DNA of 64,000 bases from an uncultured Candidatus Saccharibacteria bacterium. Lineage in GTDB: Bacteria; Patescibacteriota; Minisyncoccia; Phycocordibacterales; DATDWN01. Within the stretch, counting starts at the first letter, position 1. Each line of letters opens with the position of its first letter. The position numbers and the translations under genes are program-made. Below the pieces are notes generated by a model. That model did not search any database. It saw only the letters and a list, made by a program, of their open reading frames with translations, and was not told the DNA's origin. The stretch is from the NCBI GenBank assembly GCA_964616425.1, contig CAZTQY010000002.1, positions 2,910 to 66,909 on the forward strand, given 5' to 3'. Below, piece by piece: positions 58,098-64,000 of this stretch.

Positions 58098-58406
58098 TTA
58101 GCGCGGGCCGTTGGTGTGCATGGGAGCTGTGCAGATGTGTTCCTCGAATACAGAGTCAGCGGGTCTCATAGTTGGAAAGAATGGTGTCCCTCCGCATACT
58201 TCACAAACCGGCGGTCTTTTGCCGAATTTCTGAACCTCCTCACCTTTGGTGATGATTGTTCGGAGATCATCGAGTGTGAATGAGATGTTACCAAGATCAA
58301 CGATTGTTCCTCCTGCAACAATATCTCCAGCGAAGACATCTTCGACGTGGATTTCCAATCTACGTCGGTCTTCGCTGATTGGAAAAGTGAGGTATTCCTT
58401 ATTCAT
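58098..58406 (-). CDS. Small hypothetical protein with possible Zn site (GC-rich cassette)
   Basis: CEVC..HIC..H; SD AGGAGG; TTGACA upstream; hairpin 58087-58109. Confidence 0.6.
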   Translation of the reverse strand: MNKEYLTFPISEDRRRLEIHVEDVFAGDIVAGGTIVDLGNISFTLDDLRTIITKGEEVQKFGKRPPVCEVCGGTPFFPTMRPADSVFEEHICTAPMHTNGPR

Positions 58407-58474
58407 CTGCTCCTCCTATGTTCAGATTATATTTATAGCCATCAATGTCAAGTTGTGTTAGTATTTTATTTATC

Positions 58475-59821
58475 ATGAAAAGAACTTATATAAAGGATCT
58501 AGGACAGTTTATAGGGCAGGAAGTAAACATTCGAGGCTGGGTAGATGTTCGTCGAGACCAAGGAAAAATGGTTTTTATGGATATCAGAGATATGACTGGA
58601 AAGGTTCAGTCTGTGGTTTTGCCTAATCACGTTGAGGCATTAGAAGCTGTAAAAGAGGTGAGAAACGAGTGGGTCCTCTCTATACAAGGTTTGGTAAATA
58701 AGCGTCCTGAGAGAAATATAAAAGCAGGTGTTATGAACGGGGTTATTGAGATAGAAATTTTGGCTATAAATGTTTTGGCTAAAGCTGAACCGCTTCCTTT
58801 TGATATGTCAGTAGATGGATATAATCTAGATTTGTCTACCGAGTTGGATAATAGAGCATTAGTTTTGAGACAACCAAAAATTCAAGCTATTTTCAAAGTT
58901 CAAGAAACAGTGATTGATTCTTTCAGAGAGTTTATGAAAAAGAATATGTTTTTTGAATTTCAGGCTCCAGCTATTACACCAGCAACTGCGGAGGGTGGGG
59001 CAGAAGTTTTCCAAGTTGATTATTTTGACAAGAAAGCTTTTCTAACTCAGTCTCCACAGTTGTACAAGCAGATTGTTATGTCTGCTTTTGAACGAGCTTT
59101 TTCTGTAAACAAAGTTTTTCGCGCAGAACCATCATCAACAACTCGTCACCTGACTGAAATAGTTTCACTCGATGCAGAAATGGGATTTATAGATTCATGG
59201 ACTGATGTGAGAGATATGGCAGAAGAGACAGTGCGATATATATTGAATCAAGTTTCTACAAAGAACGCTGAACATTTGAAGGTGCTAAATGTTGAACTGC
59301 CCGTTATGTTAGACAAGACTCCAACAATGTCCCTAAAAGAAGTTCAGCAAAAAATATTTGATAAAACAGGAAGAGATGTAAGAGGTGAAAAAGATACGAA
59401 CCCACAGGATGAAAGAGAGATTTGTGAAATCATAAAAGAAGAAACTGGTTCTGACTTTGTGTTCATCTACGGTTATCCGACTCGCAAGAAACCATTTTAC
59501 GTTTACCCAAATCCAGAGGAACCAGAGTTCAACGAAGGTATGGATCTCATCTGTCGCGGTGTTGAGTGGCTTTCAGGTGGAAGAAGAATAAATGAATATG
59601 ACCAACTCATGAAACATGTTGAGGAGTGGGGAATGGATCCAAATAAAATCAAAATGTTCTTGCAGGCATTCAAATACGGAGTTCCTCCCGAAGGTGGTTT
59701 TGCTTTTGGTGCTGAACGCATTACTATGCAGCTATTGGGTCTAAAAAATGTTCGTGAGGCGTCTATGTTCCCACGAGATATGAACAGAATCGATGAACGA
59801 CTAACTGATGAGGGGTATTAA
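58475..59821 (+). CDS. aspS: Aspartate--tRNA ligase, short archaeal/non-discriminating type
   Basis: EGGAEVF, QSPQLYKQ, FRAEPS, GGFAFGAER, MFPRD. Confidence 0.88.
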   Translation: MKRTYIKDLGQFIGQEVNIRGWVDVRRDQGKMVFMDIRDMTGKVQSVVLPNHVEALEAVKEVRNEWVLSIQGLVNKRPERNIKAGVMNGVIEIEILAINVLAKAEPLPFDMSVDGYNLDLSTELDNRALVLRQPKIQAIFKVQETVIDSFREFMKKNMFFEFQAPAITPATAEGGAEVFQVDYFDKKAFLTQSPQLYKQIVMSAFERAFSVNKVFRAEPSSTTRHLTEIVSLDAEMGFIDSWTDVRDMAEETVRYILNQVSTKNAEHLKVLNVELPVMLDKTPTMSLKEVQQKIFDKTGRDVRGEKDTNPQDEREICEIIKEETGSDFVFIYGYPTRKKPFYVYPNPEEPEFNEGMDLICRGVEWLSGGRRINEYDQLMKHVEEWGMDPNKIKMFLQAFKYGVPPEGGFAFGAERITMQLLGLKNVREASMFPRDMNRIDERLTDEGY

Positions 59822-59824
59822 TTT

Positions 59825-60367
59825 ATGAAAAAAGTATTTATCGTTCATGGTCTTCAAGGTAGTCCTAACGGGGGTTGGAGACCTTGGCTTATGAGTGAAC
59901 TTGAAAATAATGAAATATATGCTTGTGCGCTACCTATGCCTCGATCAGAGGCGCCTATAGTTTTAGAGTGGGTGGAAGAAATAACTCGTGTTGTAGACAT
60001 GAATCCAAATGATGAGATATGTCTCGTAGGTCACAGTCTAGGCGTACCTGCTATTTTGAGATATTTAGAAGATGATGATTCAAGAAAAATAAGTAAAGTA
60101 GTCTTAGTCTCTGGTCCGTCAGAGAAAAATGGTAATCCTAAGATTGAAAATTTTTTGGAAACCCCATTTAATTTTGAAATGATAAAAAACAAAGTTGATC
60201 AATTTTACATTATTCATGGAGTAAACGATCCAGTTGTGCCTTTCGCAAATGCAGAAACTCTAGCAACTGAACTTGGAGGAAAACTAATTCCTATTGAAAA
60301 CGGTGGTCACTTAAACGGTTCTAGTGGCTGGAGACAGTTACCACAAGCATTGGAAGTTTTGATATGA
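59825..60367 (+). CDS. RBBP9/YdeN alpha/beta hydrolase
   Basis: IVHG, GHSLG, DPVVP, GGH. Confidence 0.88.
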   Translation: MKKVFIVHGLQGSPNGGWRPWLMSELENNEIYACALPMPRSEAPIVLEWVEEITRVVDMNPNDEICLVGHSLGVPAILRYLEDDDSRKISKVVLVSGPSEKNGNPKIENFLETPFNFEMIKNKVDQFYIIHGVNDPVVPFANAETLATELGGKLIPIENGGHLNGSSGWRQLPQALEVLI

Positions 60368-60371
60368 GTCT

Positions 60372-60977
60372 ATGAGCAAAGAAAAATCTAAAAATATTGG
60401 TTTTGATCTTGATGATGTGCTACTCGATTTTTGTGATGCATTGTTGAAGCATTTGAACGCCAAGTACAATAAGGATGTAAAAAGAGAAGCGATAAATCAC
60501 TATTTTGTTGAGGATTTTTTTGGTATTCCACGGAGTGAAGGACGAGAACTATTTGATAATTTCTTCTTTCATGAGGACCACTTACATGCAGTTCCAGTAT
60601 CAGGGGCTCAAGAAGTTATTGAGAGTTTGAGTAAAGATAGTAATCTACATATAATTACAGCTAAGCCAGAAATATTGAGAGATATTACGCTTACATGGTT
60701 AAGAACCCACTACCCCGAAAGATTTAGTAGTGTTCATTTTGCGAATTTTTTTACAGATACTCATGAAAAAAGAAAGAAGTCAGAAATTTGTTTAGAGCAC
60801 AACATTGATATTTTCGTAGATGACTCATATGAAACCGCAATTGATGTATCGTCTGTCGGAATACCAGTTTTGTTATTTGATGCTCCATGGAATCAACAAG
60901 ATTATCTTCCAAAAGGAGTTACAAGAATATATTCGTGGCGCGATATAGAAAAAGAAATACATAATTTGCTACAATAG
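60372..60977 (+). CDS. HAD 5'(3')-deoxyribonucleotidase-like
   Basis: DLDDVL, IITA, FVDDS, PWN. Confidence 0.82.
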   Translation: MSKEKSKNIGFDLDDVLLDFCDALLKHLNAKYNKDVKREAINHYFVEDFFGIPRSEGRELFDNFFFHEDHLHAVPVSGAQEVIESLSKDSNLHIITAKPEILRDITLTWLRTHYPERFSSVHFANFFTDTHEKRKKSEICLEHNIDIFVDDSYETAIDVSSVGIPVLLFDAPWNQQDYLPKGVTRIYSWRDIEKEIHNLLQ

Positions 60978-60981
60978 ACTC

Positions 60982-61725
60982 GTGGAATCATCCTACAACG
61001 TAAAAACACATATATTTGAGGGGCCACTTGATACGCTCCTTTCTCTTATAGAAAAGCGGAAACTTTTCATAAACGACATATCGCTTGCTCAGGTGGCTGA
61101 CGATTATATTTCATATGTTAGATCACTAACAGATTTTCCACTTGCTGACTCAGCACACTTTGTTTTGATTGCATCAACACTTGTTCTCATAAAGTCCAAG
61201 TCTCTTTTGCCAAACTTGTCACTAACAGAGGAGGAGCAGAGTAATATCGACGATCTCGAAGATAGATTGAAGCAGTATCAGAAATACAAAGCATTGAGCG
61301 CACATCTCAAAGAAAGATTCGGAATAAACGTAGAGTATCTACGGCTCCCTTCAAAAGAAAAAATCGTCGTTTTCACTCCTGACAAAAATACTTCAGTTGC
61401 GAGAATAAGTGAGGTAATAAAATCTGTAATATCTGGAATGCCGAAAAAGGAATTTGTTCCAAAAGCCATTGTGCAAAAAGTCATAAGTCTTGAAGAGATG
61501 ATGGACAGTTTAGCTGACAGAATAACAAAGAGTATGAAAATGAGTTTTCGTGATTTTGCCCGTTCGACAAGCTCAGGGCAAGCTGGACCAGAAAAGATAA
61601 ATGTTATAGTTTCTTTTTTGGCCATGCTGGAGTTGGTAAAACAGGGAATAATACAGGTTCGTCAGGATAAGGATTTTCATGATATTGAGATAGAGACAAA
61701 TGAGGTTGGTGTGCCAAATTATTAA
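60982..61725 (+). CDS. scpA: Segregation and condensation protein A
   Basis: FEGPLDTLL, KSKSLLP, FLAMLELVK. Confidence 0.93.
   Translation: MESSYNVKTHIFEGPLDTLLSLIEKRKLFINDISLAQVADDYISYVRSLTDFPLADSAHFVLIASTLVLIKSKSLLPNLSLTEEEQSNIDDLEDRLKQYQKYKALSAHLKERFGINVEYLRLPSKEKIVVFTPDKNTSVARISEVIKSVISGMPKKEFVPKAIVQKVISLEEMMDSLADRITKSMKMSFRDFARSTSSGQAGPEKINVIVSFLAMLELVKQGIIQVRQDKDFHDIEIETNEVGVPNY
61556..61581 (+). repeat. Short REP-like palindrome within scpA
   Basis: ttgccc-gttcgacaagctca-gggcaa, read as ARSTSSGQ. Confidence 0.55.
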
Positions 61726-61730
61726 TTTGC

Positions 61731-61846
61731 AAATCTCTTTCTCGCAGCATGTTTTACTCAACACACATAAATCGTTGCTACGATTTTGCTTTTCTCGGCC
61801 CGTCGGCCTGTGAAGGTCTCGTAAAACATGCAGCTTAAAGAGATTT
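61731..61846 (+). repeat. Long intergenic hairpin element, family B
   Basis: IRs aaatctcttt/aaagagattt and gcatgttttac/gtaaaacatgc; cacacataa..ttgct..cctgtgaagg. Confidence 0.78.
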
Positions 61847-61864
61847 TATATATAATGTTACATA

Positions 61865-62455
61865 ATGAAATCTTCAGAACTTATAAAACAAATAGAAGCG
61901 GTACTTTTCTACCTTGCTGAGCCAGTAAAGATTGATTTTTTGGCTAAAACATTGGAAGTCTCAAAAAAAGAAATCGAAGCTGGGCTTAAAGAACTAGAGG
62001 AAACTTTGGGTCAAAGAGGCGTAAGGATTGTAAATCATAATGATGAAGTTGTTCTAACTACCGCACCTGAACTCGCTCCATTAATTGAAAAGATTATTAA
62101 AGAAGAACGAGAAAGAGACCTCGGACGTGCAGGCATAGAGACCCTAGCCATCATAGCTTATAAAGGTCCAGTTTCTAAAAAAGAAATAGAATACATAAGA
62201 GGGGTTAACTCCCAGTTTGCCTTGAGAAATCTCCTTCTCCGAGGGCTTGTGGAAAGAAGGGCTAGTTCCTGGGATGAACGTGTTATAGTTTATAGTATTA
62301 CTGCTGACTCATTGCGTTATTTGGGTTTGAGTAGTATCACTGAATTGCCAGAATATATGGAAGTTAGAAAGCAACTAGAAGTTGAATCAGAAGATGAATC
62401 TGAAACTGATCTGCCTCAACGGCAGACAAGTACAAAAGAAAATGATGGCCAGTAG
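61865..62455 (+). CDS. scpB: Segregation and condensation protein B
   Basis: EAVLF, ETLAIIAY, IEYIRGVNS. Confidence 0.93.
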   Translation: MKSSELIKQIEAVLFYLAEPVKIDFLAKTLEVSKKEIEAGLKELEETLGQRGVRIVNHNDEVVLTTAPELAPLIEKIIKEERERDLGRAGIETLAIIAYKGPVSKKEIEYIRGVNSQFALRNLLLRGLVERRASSWDERVIVYSITADSLRYLGLSSITELPEYMEVRKQLEVESEDESETDLPQRQTSTKENDGQ

Positions 62456-62553
62456 TAGAAAATAGCATCGGATAAATCCATAAATTGGTAATAGTATGAT
62501 AAAATTAACATTATTAAATATATATTTAAAGACAACATTCTGTTCATAGAACT

Positions 62554-63534
62554 ATGTCATTTTTCACTACTGGGATGGATAAAATAGAATATTTTAGAAA
62601 TAAATACGGAATATCAAGTGGACTTTTTATGTTTAATGTTTTTCTAGTGCTCTCTATTGTTGGAGTGTCTTTTGCTATTGTTGCAACAAAAAATAAAATT
62701 GTTTCTATAGAAACAAAAGCTCCTGAAAAAATTATTTCTACAAAGATGTTTGATAATTTGAACTTGGTGGCTAAGGCTGTATATGTTTACGATGTAAATG
62801 CAAAAAAAGTGATTTTTGAAAAGAATTCAGACTCTCAACTACCTTTGGCTTCGTTAACAAAACTCATGACAGCAATAACTGCAATGGATATGTTGCCAAA
62901 TGATTCAAAGATCACAATCAAAAAAGAATTTCTTGCTGAGGAAGGGGACACTGGTTTGTTGGCGAATGAATCTTGGAAACTAAAAGATCTACTTGATTTT
63001 TCACTAGTTGCTTCTTCGAATGATGGTGCTAGGTCTATTGCTTCGGTAATAGGAGCTTTTGATTTAAAAACAGATGATTATGATTTGGGTAGAAAGGATT
63101 TTATAGAAAAAATGAACATAAAAGCTAAAGAGCTTGGACTTACTCAAACATATTTTATAAATGAAAGCGGTCTTGATGTTAATACATCAACTAGCGGTGG
63201 TTATGGTTCTGCACAGGATGTTGGAAACCTTTTAAAGTATATTTTAGTTACAAATCAAGATATTCTTGAAGCAACAAAATACAAAAATTTTAGTGTTGAT
63301 TCTGATACTACTGAACACATGGCAAAAAATACTAATTCAAGTGTTAGTAATATCCCTGGGTTGTTAGCCTCAAAGACTGGATATACTGATTTGGCTGGTG
63401 GAAATTTGGCTGTAGCTTTTGATCCGTCTGTCGGTAAACCTATTGTGATTGTAGTTTTAGGATCTACTATAAATGGACGGTTTAGTGATGTGAAAAGTCT
63501 GGTTGATGCAAGTTTGGAATATGTGCAGGAATAA
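62554..63534 (+). CDS. S11 D-alanyl-D-alanine carboxypeptidase
   Basis: ASLTK, SSND, KTGYT. Confidence 0.9.
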   Translation: MSFFTTGMDKIEYFRNKYGISSGLFMFNVFLVLSIVGVSFAIVATKNKIVSIETKAPEKIISTKMFDNLNLVAKAVYVYDVNAKKVIFEKNSDSQLPLASLTKLMTAITAMDMLPNDSKITIKKEFLAEEGDTGLLANESWKLKDLLDFSLVASSNDGARSIASVIGAFDLKTDDYDLGRKDFIEKMNIKAKELGLTQTYFINESGLDVNTSTSGGYGSAQDVGNLLKYILVTNQDILEATKYKNFSVDSDTTEHMAKNTNSSVSNIPGLLASKTGYTDLAGGNLAVAFDPSVGKPIVIVVLGSTINGRFSDVKSLVDASLEYVQE

Positions 63535-63549
63535 GGTAAACTGGATGAT

Positions 63550-64000
63550 ATGTGTGGAATATCTGGCGTAATAGAGCCATCAATTAAGCATAAAGATAAG
63601 GTTATTGAGGCCATGGTCTCAAGAATAATCCATAGAGGTCCTGATGAGGATGGTTTTTATGTTGATAAAAATGTTGGTCTAGGGATGCGTAGGTTGTCTA
63701 TTATAGACCTTTCAACTGGACATCAACCAATAACATCTGAAGACGAAAATTTACTTATCTTTTTTAACGGAGAGATTTATAACTACCTTGAACTCAAGAA
63801 AAACCTTTTAGAGAAAAAATACAAATTTAAAACTGATTCTGATACAGAAGTTATACTCCATATGTACGAAGAGTATGGAGAAAAGATGCTGACTCAACTT
63901 CGTGGAATGTTTACTTTTTGTATATACGATCTTGAAAAGAAAGAAGTCTTTATCGCTAGAGATTTTTTTGGAATAAAACCACTTTACTATTTAGTCCAAA
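63550..64000 (+). CDS. asnB: Asparagine synthase (glutamine-hydrolysing), 5' part
   Basis: MCGISG, HRGPD, RRLSIID, FNGEIYN, SDTEV. Confidence 0.92.
   Translation, partial: MCGISGVIEPSIKHKDKVIEAMVSRIIHRGPDEDGFYVDKNVGLGMRRLSIIDLSTGHQPITSEDENLLIFFNGEIYNYLELKKNLLEKKYKFKTDSDTEVILHMYEEYGEKMLTQLRGMFTFCIYDLEKKEVFIARDFFGIKPLYYLVQ

Noticed and set aside
14187-58451. Lineage-specific 16-bp promoter spacer
   Set aside because: Several promoters show 16 bp, but others (greA, rplU, radical SAM) show 17; too few to claim.

Overview
AT-rich chromosome segment whose gene set and gene order suggest a Patescibacteria/CPR (Parcubacteria-like) bacterium (inference): two mreB paralogs, minimal dcw cluster, short ProRS, archaeal-type AspRS, standalone VirD4-like ATPase, almost no biosynthesis. 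Most CDSs are housekeeping (priA, frr, rseP, proS, mreBC-pbp2, greA, lysS, mraZ-rsmH-ftsL-ftsI-murF, recR, dnaB, cysS, rplU/rplI/rpmA, trpS, aspS, scpAB, asnB). The notable signal is non-coding. (1) At least 13 long intergenic hairpin elements share loop motifs but have different, still-paired stems. Most start at a stop codon, most are oriented with the upstream gene, and some are nested. Short palindromes also sit inside CDSs. (2) A tRNA-Glu(CTC) is flanked by an enlarged tRNA-like module and a 150-157 bp periodic array of tRNA 3'-end copies. (3) Two promoter-and-terminator-bounded structured RNAs (~360 nt, ~130 nt) match no family I recognise. (4) About 12 GC-richer, mostly antisense genes carry their own promoter, SD and terminator, unlike the apparently leaderless core genes; one is a B12-type radical SAM enzyme with a CX8CX2C motif. 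A PlsC / acyl-ACP-reductase-like / 7TM histidine kinase operon is a candidate lipid-signal module. All calls were made by eye; no database search was run.
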